A stretch of DNA of 64,000 nt from Alphaproteobacteria bacterium. GTDB taxonomy: Bacteria; Pseudomonadota; Alphaproteobacteria; MPNO01; UBA830. Shown one piece after another: positions 36,688-45,334 of the stretch. The translations under genes and the position numbers were made by a program. The notes under the pieces were generated by a model that made no database searches, was not told where the DNA came from, and saw only the letters and a list, made by a program, of their open reading frames with translations. The DNA is taken from contig OZ219790.1 of assembly GCA_964291215.2 (NCBI GenBank), positions 768,001-832,000 of the forward strand. Reading direction: 5' to 3'. Position 1 is the first letter of the stretch. Every line of letters starts with the position of its first letter.

Positions 36688-36758
36688 CAGGCGGCAAATG
36701 GACTCATCCGACAGGATGGCGATGGCGGCGGACCGGTAGTTGTGATTCGCTTCCGGGC

Positions 36759-38360
36759 ATGCCGGACGGATCGGACATCAACGCGCTGAAGGCGGCGCTG
36801 GCTGCGGCGGAAGTCAAGGCGACCGAGGCCGAGGCGCGGGCCGCGAACGCCGAAGCGCAGATCGCCTCCCTGAAGCTGATGATCGAGAAGCTCCGGCGCG
36901 AGCTCTTCGGCCAGCGATCGGAGCGCAAGCAGCGTCTTCTCGACCAGATGGAGCTCCAGCTCGACGAGCTTGAGGCGAACGCGACGGAGGACGAGTTGGC
37001 GGCCGAACAGGCGGCTGCCGGCACGACGCAGGTCAAGGCGTTCACCCGCCGCCGCTCCGGCCGCAAGCCGTTCCCCGAACATCTGCCGCGCGAGCGTGTC
37101 GTAGTGCCCGCGCCGACATCGTGCGAGTGCTGCGGCTCGCAGAAGCTCTCGAAGATCGGCGAGGACGTCACCGAGACGCTGGAGGTCATTCCGCGCCAGT
37201 GGAAGGTGATCCAGACGGTGCGCGAGAAGTTCACATGCCGGGACTGCGAGAAGATCAGCCAGCCGCCGGCACCGTTCCACCCGACACCGCGCGGCTGGGC
37301 GGGCCCCAACCTGCTGGCCATGATCCTGTTCGAGAAGTTCGGGCAGCATCAGCCGCTGAACCGCCAGCGCGACCGCTATGCGCGCGAGGGCGTCGACCTC
37401 AGCCTGTCGACCCTGGCCGACCAGGTGGGCGCCTGCACGGTGGCGCTGAGGCCGCTGCACGACCTGATCGCAGACCATGTGCTGGCGGCCGAACGCCTGC
37501 ATGGCGACGACACCCCGGTGCCGGTGCTGGCCAGGGGCAAGACCGACAAGGGCCGGGCCTGGGTCTATGTGCGTGACGACAGGCCGTTCGGCGGTCCGGA
37601 CCCGCCCGCGGCTCTGTTCCGCTACTCGCGGAACCGCTCGGGCGATCATCCGGTCGAGCATCTTCGCGACTTCGCCGGCATCCTCCAGGCCGACAGTTTC
37701 GCCGGCTACAACCGCCTCTATGCGGTCGGGCGAGTGCCGGGGCCTGTTACCGGGATCCCCTGTTGGGCACACGGGCGCCGCAAATTTTTCGAACTCGCCG
37801 ACATTGCGGCCAGCAAGGGGCGCGGCAGGAACGCGCCGCCGATCTCGCCGCTCGCGATGGAGGCGGTGAAGCGGATCGACGTGCTGTTCGACATCGAGCG
37901 CTCCATCAACGGCGAGACCGCCGCGCGGCGCCATGCCGTCCGCCAGGAACTGAGCGCGCCGGTCCTGGCCGAACTCGAGACCTGGATGAAGGCCGAGCGC
38001 GCAAAGCTCTCCCGCCATTCCCCCGTGGCCAAGGCCATGGACTACATGCTCAGGCGATGGGACCGCTTCGCCCGCTTCCTCGACGATGGGCGCATCTGCC
38101 TGTCAAATAATGCCGCTGAGAGGGCGCTCAGAGGTATTGCCCTGGGTCGGAAGTCATGGCTGTTCGCCGGCTCCGACCGCGGCGGCAGGCGCGCCGCAGC
38201 CATGTACACCCTCATCGGCACCGCAAAGCTCAACAACGTCGATCCCCAGGCCTGGCTCGCCGACGTGCTCAAGCGCATTGCCGGCACCCCGCAGAACCGC
38301 CTCGGCGAACTTCTTCCCTGGAACTGGCAGGACAGCCGGCGGCACGACCAAGCCGCATAA
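36759..38360 (+). CDS. tnpC: IS66 transposase TnpC
   Basis: LHGDDTP, CWAHGRRKF and SNNAAERALR motifs. Confidence 0.95.
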   Translation: MPDGSDINALKAALAAAEVKATEAEARAANAEAQIASLKLMIEKLRRELFGQRSERKQRLLDQMELQLDELEANATEDELAAEQAAAGTTQVKAFTRRRSGRKPFPEHLPRERVVVPAPTSCECCGSQKLSKIGEDVTETLEVIPRQWKVIQTVREKFTCRDCEKISQPPAPFHPTPRGWAGPNLLAMILFEKFGQHQPLNRQRDRYAREGVDLSLSTLADQVGACTVALRPLHDLIADHVLAAERLHGDDTPVPVLARGKTDKGRAWVYVRDDRPFGGPDPPAALFRYSRNRSGDHPVEHLRDFAGILQADSFAGYNRLYAVGRVPGPVTGIPCWAHGRRKFFELADIAASKGRGRNAPPISPLAMEAVKRIDVLFDIERSINGETAARRHAVRQELSAPVLAELETWMKAERAKLSRHSPVAKAMDYMLRRWDRFARFLDDGRICLSNNAAERALRGIALGRKSWLFAGSDRGGRRAAAMYTLIGTAKLNNVDPQAWLADVLKRIAGTPQNRLGELLPWNWQDSRRHDQAA

Positions 38361-38738
38361 CCAAAGACCCCGCCTGACGGTCCCCGATCAACTCCACGCC
38401 CGCCACAAACTCAGACCTCGATACCCTGCGGTCTTCGGCGGATGCTTACTCATATTCCGCGGACGCAAAGGCGATCTTTTGAAGATCCTCTGGCATGACG
38501 GGGTCGGGACCTCGCTCTACGCCAAGCGCCTGGAGCGGGGCCGGTTCCAGTGGCCGGTGACGTCGGGCGGTGCGGTGTCGATCAGCGCGGCGCAGCTGGG
38601 CTATTTGCTGGAAGGGATCGATTGGAGGAACCCGGTTCGGACCTGGCGCCCGTCGCGGGCCGGCTGACAGGCGGCAAATGGACTCATCCGACAGGATGGC
38701 GATGGCGGCGGACCGGTAGTTGTGATTCGCTTCCGGGC

Positions 38739-40340
38739 ATGCCGGACGGATCGGACATCAACGCGCTGAAGGCGGCGCTGGCTGCGGCGGAAGTCAAGGC
38801 GACCGAGGCCGAGGCGCGGGCCGCGAACGCCGAAGCGCAGATCGCCTCCCTGAAGCTGATGATCGAGAAGCTCCGGCGCGAGCTCTTCGGCCAGCGATCG
38901 GAGCGCAAGCAGCGTCTTCTCGACCAGATGGAGCTCCAGCTCGACGAGCTTGAGGCGAACGCGACGGAGGACGAGTTGGCGGCCGAACAGGCGGCTGCCG
39001 GCACGACGCAGGTCAAGGCGTTCACCCGCCGCCGCTCCGGCCGCAAGCCGTTCCCCGAACATCTGCCGCGCGAGCGTGTCGTAGTGCCCGCGCCGACATC
39101 GTGCGAGTGCTGCGGCTCGCAGAAGCTCTCGAAGATCGGCGAGGACGTCACCGAGACGCTGGAGGTCATTCCGCGCCAGTGGAAGGTGATCCAGACGGTG
39201 CGCGAGAAGTTCACATGCCGGGACTGCGAGAAGATCAGCCAGCCGCCGGCACCGTTCCACCCGACACCGCGCGGCTGGGCGGGCCCCAACCTGCTGGCCA
39301 TGATCCTGTTCGAGAAGTTCGGGCAGCATCAGCCGCTGAACCGCCAGCGCGACCGCTATGCGCGCGAGGGCGTCGACCTCAGCCTGTCGACCCTGGCCGA
39401 CCAGGTGGGCGCCTGCACGGTGGCGCTGAGGCCGCTGCACGACCTGATCGCAGACCATGTGCTGGCGGCCGAACGCCTGCATGGCGACGACACCCCGGTG
39501 CCGGTGCTGGCCAGGGGCAAGACCGACAAGGGCCGGGCCTGGGTCTATGTGCGTGACGACAGGCCGTTCGGCGGGCCGGACCCGCCCGCGGCTCTGTTCC
39601 GCTACTCGCGGAACCGCTCGGGCGATCATCCGGTCGAGCATCTTCGCGACTTCGCCGGCATCCTCCAGGCCGACAGTTTCGCCGGCTACAACCGCCTCTA
39701 TGCGGTCGGGCGAGTGCCGGGGCCTGTTACCGGGATCCCCTGTTGGGCACACGGGCGCCGCAAATTTTTCGAACTCGCCGACATTGCGGCCAGCAAGGGG
39801 CGCGGCAGGAACGCGCCGCCGATCTCGCCGCTCGCGATGGAGGCGGTGAAGCGGATCGACGTGCTGTTCGACATCGAGCGCTCCATCAACGGCGAGACCG
39901 CCGCGCGGCGCCATGCCGTCCGCCAGGAACTGAGCGCGCCGGTCCTGGCCGAACTCGAGACCTGGATGAAGGCCGAGCGCGCAAAGCTCTCCCGCCATTC
40001 CCCCGTGGCCAAGGCCATGGACTACATGCTCAGGCGATGGGACCGCTTCGCCCGCTTCCTCGACGATGGGCGCATCTGCCTGTCAAATAATGCCGCTGAG
40101 AGGGCGCTCAGAGGTATTGCCCTGGGTCGGAAGTCATGGCTGTTCGCCGGCTCCGACCGCGGCGGCAGGCGCGCCGCAGCCATGTACACCCTCATCGGCA
40201 CCGCAAAGCTCAACAACGTCGATCCCCAGGCCTGGCTCGCCGACGTGCTCAAGCGCATTGCCGGCACCCCGCAGAACCGCCTCGGCGAACTTCTTCCCTG
40301 GAACTGGCAGGACAGCCGGCGGCACGACCAAGCCGCATAA
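38739..40340 (+). CDS. tnpC: IS66 transposase TnpC, second copy
   Basis: Protein identical to 36759-38360. Confidence 0.95.
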   Translation: MPDGSDINALKAALAAAEVKATEAEARAANAEAQIASLKLMIEKLRRELFGQRSERKQRLLDQMELQLDELEANATEDELAAEQAAAGTTQVKAFTRRRSGRKPFPEHLPRERVVVPAPTSCECCGSQKLSKIGEDVTETLEVIPRQWKVIQTVREKFTCRDCEKISQPPAPFHPTPRGWAGPNLLAMILFEKFGQHQPLNRQRDRYAREGVDLSLSTLADQVGACTVALRPLHDLIADHVLAAERLHGDDTPVPVLARGKTDKGRAWVYVRDDRPFGGPDPPAALFRYSRNRSGDHPVEHLRDFAGILQADSFAGYNRLYAVGRVPGPVTGIPCWAHGRRKFFELADIAASKGRGRNAPPISPLAMEAVKRIDVLFDIERSINGETAARRHAVRQELSAPVLAELETWMKAERAKLSRHSPVAKAMDYMLRRWDRFARFLDDGRICLSNNAAERALRGIALGRKSWLFAGSDRGGRRAAAMYTLIGTAKLNNVDPQAWLADVLKRIAGTPQNRLGELLPWNWQDSRRHDQAA

Positions 40341-41267
40341 CCAAAGACCCCGCCTGACGGTCCCCGATCAACTCCACGCCCGCCACAAACTCAGACCTCG
40401 ATACCCTGCGGTCTTCGGCGGATGCTTACGAACAACCGTCAGTCCTGTCGGGGGCTTCAGGGCGGTGGGGGGATCGTCGTCGTCGGTGATGGTCAGGGTG
40501 AGTTTGCCGGAGGTCCAGCCGAACTTGTAACCAAGCAGCTTGATGGTCTCGTTCGGCTCGTCCCGGGTGTCGCCAAGAATGCGCACGGTCTGCGTGCCCT
40601 GCGTCTCGTCCTCGGCGATGGAGACGGTGGCGCCGCCTGCGGCCGGAAAGCAGTAATCAGTGTCCGCCGGAGACACGGGCGGGCCGCATCCGGACGTGCC
40701 GTGAGGAAGTGCTGTGCCAGAGTCAATGTCGAGAGCAACGGTGATCGAAAAGCCCGCCGGCGCTCCCTCGCCGAGCGTGGCGGTCACCGTCACGTCCGTA
40801 AAGCCGGTGTTGCCCTCGGTGATCGAGGTCGAGGACGCCGACAGGGTGATCGTCTTGGTGGAAGCGGGCGCCGTTGGCGTCGCGGTGACCTGGTTGCTTG
40901 GGTTAGAATTAGCGCCGCTGTTGTGGCGCGCCAACTGGAAGGTGTAGGCAGTGCCGTTGTCCAGCCCCGAGACAGTGTGGGTTCGGACTGAAATCCCGCC
41001 GGGGATAACCTGCCAACTGCCGTACCCGGCCGCGCCTTTCTTCTGTCGATACGACCAGGAGGGATTGGTGAGACCGGAGGGGACATTGGTCCAGGTGAGC
41101 GTCACCTGCCCATTGCCCGCCGTGGCGGTAAGTGTAGTAGCAACAGCAGCCTGCGGCGCGAGGGCAGCGGCGAAGGTCAGCAGAAATAAGGCAGCGAATG
41201 CCGCCTTCAGGCGGCGGGCGGTTCTCCCGAGGGCGCCCACCGGTTCAGCCCCGCACCCTGACTCTTC

Positions 41268-41283
41268 GGGGGGGGGGGGGGGG
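41268..41283 (-). repeat. Poly-C tract (C16 on the minus strand) in autotransporter leader 2
   Basis: G16 on the plus strand, same flanking context as the other two tracts. Confidence 0.9.
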
Positions 41284-41776
41284 TACAACGAGTTCAGGTT
41301 CGCGCGCGCGTGAGGCGCTCACGCGCCGCTCGAAGAGCCGCAGGTCATGCATCCCGACATCGCCCGGCATCCGCGTCATGACCTCATCCTCCCGTGCCGA
41401 ATTCCAAACCTGCGCCGCGCCCGCACGGCCGCAGCGAACCCGCCGGTGCAACCCATAACCCGTCCGCAGGCCGGTTTCAATGCGCGCTGCGCCCGACAGC
41501 CCGGCAGCCGGACATCCTGCCATCGGCAAGCGCTGCCGCCTACGGGCAGGCCGCTTCCGGAACCGCCCGGCGTTTCCCTGGCTGGCGGCGACCTCGAAGA
41601 CCCCGGCGGATCCGGTCGGCGCCGACCGCACACTGCCGCCCTGCGCCGGCCCCCCGTGCGGCGCGCCGGCACAAGCTCCCCCGGCACGATGAGGAAAGGG
41701 CCGCGGAGGGTTCGGGTGAACGGCCGGGCGCCCGGAGGGAGCCCGCGCCGCATTTCCGCCATTCCGGAGGCCGCCG

Positions 41777-42796
41777 ATGACCGACACCGTTTCCGCCGAC
41801 TACACGCTGCGCCCGAGCGAGCTTGCGCCGACCCTGGCGCTGCTGGTCGAGGCCCGCCAGCCCTGTATCCTTTGGGGCGCGCCGGGCTGCGCCAAGAGCG
41901 CGCTCGCGCAGCAGGCCGCCGCCGAGGGTTCGCGCCGCTATGTCGACGTGCGCGCGCTGCTGCTCGATCCGGTGGACCTGCGCGGCATCCCGTGGCGCGA
42001 TGCGGACGGGCGCACCCGCTGGGCGCCGCCCGCCTTCCTGCCGCCGGCGGACGACCCCGGCCGCTGGCTCATCAACCTGGAGGAACTGCCGTCCGCCGTG
42101 CCGATGGTGCAGGCGGCGCTCTACCAGCTGGTGCTCGACCGCAAGGTGGGCGAATACGAGCTGCCCGAGGGCGCCTCGCTGATCGCCTGCGGCAACCGCG
42201 AGAGCGACCGCGGCGTGGTCCACCGCATGCCGACGCCGCTGGCCTCGCGCTTCGTCCATCTGGAGGTCCGGGTGGACGCGGAAGACTGGCTCGCCTGGGG
42301 GGCGGCCAACGGCATCGCGCCCGAGGTGCTGTTCTACATCCGGATGCGCCCCGACCTGCTGCACTGCTTCGATCCGCAGGCGAAGGAGAAGGCGTTCTGC
42401 TGCCCCCGGACCTGGGAGATGGTCTCCGGCATCGTCAACCGGCGCGCCGGTCCCGACCCCTCCGTAGAGCGGGCGCTGTTCCGGGGCACGGTGGGCGAGG
42501 CGGCGGCGGTGGAGTTCTCGGCCTTCCTGAAGGTGTGGCGCGAACTGCCCCATCCCCGGGCCGTGCTCGACGATCCCGGGAACGCGGTCGTGCCGGACAA
42601 CGCCAGCGCGCTGATCGCGCTCTGCGGCGCGCTCTACCGCATGGCCGACGACATCACGCTCGACGCCATCGTCACCTATGCCGGGCGCCTGCGCCGCGAG
42701 GTCGGCGAGTTCCTGGTCGGGTCCTGCATCCGGCGCGACCCCGCCCTCCAGCACTCGCCCGCCTTCATCCGCTGGGCCGCCGCACGCACGCAATGA
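41777..42796 (+). CDS. MoxR-like AAA+ ATPase
   Basis: GAPGCAKS, LINLEEL, ACGN, LASRF and PRTWE motifs. Confidence 0.85.
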   Translation: MTDTVSADYTLRPSELAPTLALLVEARQPCILWGAPGCAKSALAQQAAAEGSRRYVDVRALLLDPVDLRGIPWRDADGRTRWAPPAFLPPADDPGRWLINLEELPSAVPMVQAALYQLVLDRKVGEYELPEGASLIACGNRESDRGVVHRMPTPLASRFVHLEVRVDAEDWLAWGAANGIAPEVLFYIRMRPDLLHCFDPQAKEKAFCCPRTWEMVSGIVNRRAGPDPSVERALFRGTVGEAAAVEFSAFLKVWRELPHPRAVLDDPGNAVVPDNASALIALCGALYRMADDITLDAIVTYAGRLRREVGEFLVGSCIRRDPALQHSPAFIRWAAARTQ

Positions 42797-42818
42797 CCGC
42801 CCCTTCAGGAGGACACCG

Positions 42819-43724
42819 ATGAATCTCAGCCACGACGCCATGCTGGTCAGCCTGCGCATCGCCGCCTGGTCGGGCCGGCTCCATGACCGGCAGGCCAGCA
42901 CCCATGTCGCCGTCCACCACGAGGCGAGCGTCAGCGCCGGGCGCTACAACAAGTGCCTGCTGCCCCGAACCGCCTTCGCCGCCCTCAATGCCACCGTCAG
43001 CGCGGCGCGCGCGGCCCACGACGCCCAGACCCTGCCCTGGGACGACCGGGGGAGCCGGCTGCTCCCTGTCGCCAACCACGAGCGCTACACGGGGCTGATG
43101 GACGGCTTGCGCGAACGCATGGTGCGCGAGCGCGCCCGCTTCATCAAGGACTATGACGACAATATCGAAAAGGCCCGGCTCGATCTCGGCAAGCTGTTCC
43201 GCATCGGGGACTATCCCTCGAAGGAAGACCTCCGGGACAGGTTCGGCCTGCGCTGGCGGATCGTCCCGGTGCCCGACGCCGACCATTTCATGGCGAAGCT
43301 CGCCTCCGACGACGCCGACCGGGTGAAGCGCGACATCGAGAGCCAGGTGGAGGAGCGGCTGCACGATGCGGTGGGTGACCTCTACCGGCGCCTGGGCGAG
43401 GCCGTGGAGCGGGTCTCCGAACGCCTGCGGGAGGACGGCGAGGGCAAGCCGCTGGTGTTCCGGGACTCGATGATCGGCAACATCCGCGACCTTGTCGACA
43501 TCGTGCCGCGGCTGAATATCTTCGGCGACGACGAACTCGCCCGGCTCTGCGGGCAGGTGAAGGAGAAGATCGCCGCCGTCGAACCGGACGCGCTCAGGCC
43601 GTCGAAGAGTTTCGATCCGGTCGCCCGCGCGCGGGTGAAGCGCGATGCGGATGCGCTGGCGGAGAGGTTCGCGGGATATTTCGCGGCGGAGGCGGCGATC
43701 TCCCCGGCGCGGGAGGCCGCGTGA
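42819..43724 (+). CDS. Helical conserved protein (DUF3150-like) between the AAA and VWA genes
   Basis: RBS GGAGG; TLPWDD..RLLP and YPS motifs; operon position. Confidence 0.6.
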   Translation: MNLSHDAMLVSLRIAAWSGRLHDRQASTHVAVHHEASVSAGRYNKCLLPRTAFAALNATVSAARAAHDAQTLPWDDRGSRLLPVANHERYTGLMDGLRERMVRERARFIKDYDDNIEKARLDLGKLFRIGDYPSKEDLRDRFGLRWRIVPVPDADHFMAKLASDDADRVKRDIESQVEERLHDAVGDLYRRLGEAVERVSERLREDGEGKPLVFRDSMIGNIRDLVDIVPRLNIFGDDELARLCGQVKEKIAAVEPDALRPSKSFDPVARARVKRDADALAERFAGYFAAEAAISPAREAA

Positions 43725-45001
43725 TGGGCGCCCGCCCTTGCCCGGAATCGGCGCAGCGGGTGAGCCGCTGCGTGACCGCGCTGCTGCGGGAGCAGCCCTT
43801 CTTCGGCAGCCTGGCGCTCCGCCTGCCGGTCCGCGCCGACGCCGGCAGGAAGACGCTGGCGAGCGACGGGCGGGAGATCCGCTATTCGCCGCAATGGGTC
43901 GCGGAGACCGGGGCGCACCTTATCGGGACCGCGATCGCCCGGGTGGTGCTGGCCTGCGCGCTGAAGCACCACACGCGCCGGGGCGAACGCGACCCGGAAC
44001 GCTGGCAGCTGGCCTCCCAGCTCGTCACCCACGGCCTGCTGCGCGATGCCGGCTTCACCCTGCCGCCCGACGCGGAAGCGTGGGACGGGATCAGCGTCGA
44101 GGAAGCATACGAGCAATTGCCGAAGCCGGACGCCGGAGGAGGTTCGGGCACCGATGGAGCCGAATCTCCAACGGCCGACGGGGGCGATGACGATGAGCAA
44201 TCCGGTAACGGCGATGCCGTGAGAGACGACGGCTCGGCGGAGGCGCCGAGCAATGGCAACGGCGGCGACGCAAGCTGCGATCCGTCGGGCACCGGCGAGG
44301 TCATGGACGCGCCGGCGGGCGGCGCCGGGGACGGCGCGCCTTCGCCTGGCGACATGACGCGGGAGGAACAGGCCTGGGACGAGGCCATGCACCAGGCGCT
44401 CGGTCTCGCCAGGGCCGAAGGCCGGTTGCCCGGCGCGGTCGAGGAAACCGTCCGCGGCGCCCATGCGGGCGCGCTCGACTGGCGCTCGCTGCTGCGCCGC
44501 CACATGACCGACGCGGCGAAGAGCGACTACAGCTGGAGCGTCCCCAACCGGCGCTTCATCGACTCCGGGCTCTATCTGCCCTCGATCCGTTCGGAGGGCA
44601 TGGATACGATTGCCGTCATCGTCGACACCTCCGGCTCGCTGCCGGCGGAGACGCTGGCCGCGTTCTGGGCCGAACTGCGCGAGGTGGCGTCGGAGATCGG
44701 GCCCGGGCGCGTCGTCGTGCTCCAGGTCGACGCCGCGGTGCAGGACGCGGCGGAATACGCGCCGGACGAGCTTCCCGGCGAGATCGCCGTCAGGGGCCGG
44801 GGCGGCACCGACTTCCGCCCGGGCTTCGCATGGCTCGACGAGCAGGGGATACAGCCGGGCGTGTGCCTCTACTTCACCGACATGGAGTGCTCCCGCTATC
44901 CGGAGACGGAACCATCGTTCCCGGTGCTGTGGTGCGACCACGGGGACAGCCCGTGGCGGCGACCCGCGCCCTGGGGCGAGCGCATCGACATCGCCGCCTG
45001 A
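43721..45001 (+). CDS. DUF2201 metallopeptidase-like plus VWA domain protein
   Basis: PFFGSL N-terminus, acidic linker, VDTSGS MIDAS, GGTDF and YFTD motifs. Confidence 0.85.
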   Translation: MMGARPCPESAQRVSRCVTALLREQPFFGSLALRLPVRADAGRKTLASDGREIRYSPQWVAETGAHLIGTAIARVVLACALKHHTRRGERDPERWQLASQLVTHGLLRDAGFTLPPDAEAWDGISVEEAYEQLPKPDAGGGSGTDGAESPTADGGDDDEQSGNGDAVRDDGSAEAPSNGNGGDASCDPSGTGEVMDAPAGGAGDGAPSPGDMTREEQAWDEAMHQALGLARAEGRLPGAVEETVRGAHAGALDWRSLLRRHMTDAAKSDYSWSVPNRRFIDSGLYLPSIRSEGMDTIAVIVDTSGSLPAETLAAFWAELREVASEIGPGRVVVLQVDAAVQDAAEYAPDELPGEIAVRGRGGTDFRPGFAWLDEQGIQPGVCLYFTDMECSRYPETEPSFPVLWCDHGDSPWRRPAPWGERIDIAA

Positions 45002-45334
45002 CCTCCGATGGCGGCGGCCGCTTCCCGACCCTCCACGGCGCCTTCGTCTGCCGGCGCCCCCCGGCGCTGCCGGCCGCCTGTGCATCCGGACCCCGTGACG
45101 CGGAGCGGGCCGCCGCTCCCCGCAGGCAGCAGCGCCGGCCGGGCCACTTCCGGCCGCCCGCCGTCTTCCGCCCTTTCCCGATACCGCCGCACCGCGCCGT
45201 CGGCCCGTATCCGGCGGCAGCGTCCGCCGGGCCGCACCGCCCGGAGCCGGAGCGGGGCGGCGGTCCGGGCAGGCGCGGGGCAGCCGGAGTGGGCCGCCCG
45301 CGCCGACCGTCCGCAACCCTCCATGGAGACTGGC

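Larger units (their letters stand above)
35579..40429 (+). mobile_element. Nested IS66 (inner intact copy 35823-38449 inside a partly deleted outer copy)
   Basis: Ends GTAAGCC and GATGCTTAC; 8-bp target duplication GAACAACC at 35571-35578 and 40430-40437. Confidence 0.95.
30394..41379 (-). pseudogene. Second FN3/Ig autotransporter adhesin (about 2000 aa) interrupted by IS66
   Basis: N-part 41379-40430 and C-part 35570-30394 rejoin in frame (..PTGLTVVPGPDRLYL..) after removing the IS and one copy of the target duplication; barrel nearly identical to autotransporter 1. Confidence 0.9.

Noticed and set aside
5260-41379. Diversity-generating retroelement or shufflon acting on the adhesins
   Set aside because: No reverse transcriptase, no template/variable repeat pair with adenine-specific differences, and no intact invertase or short crossover sites were seen
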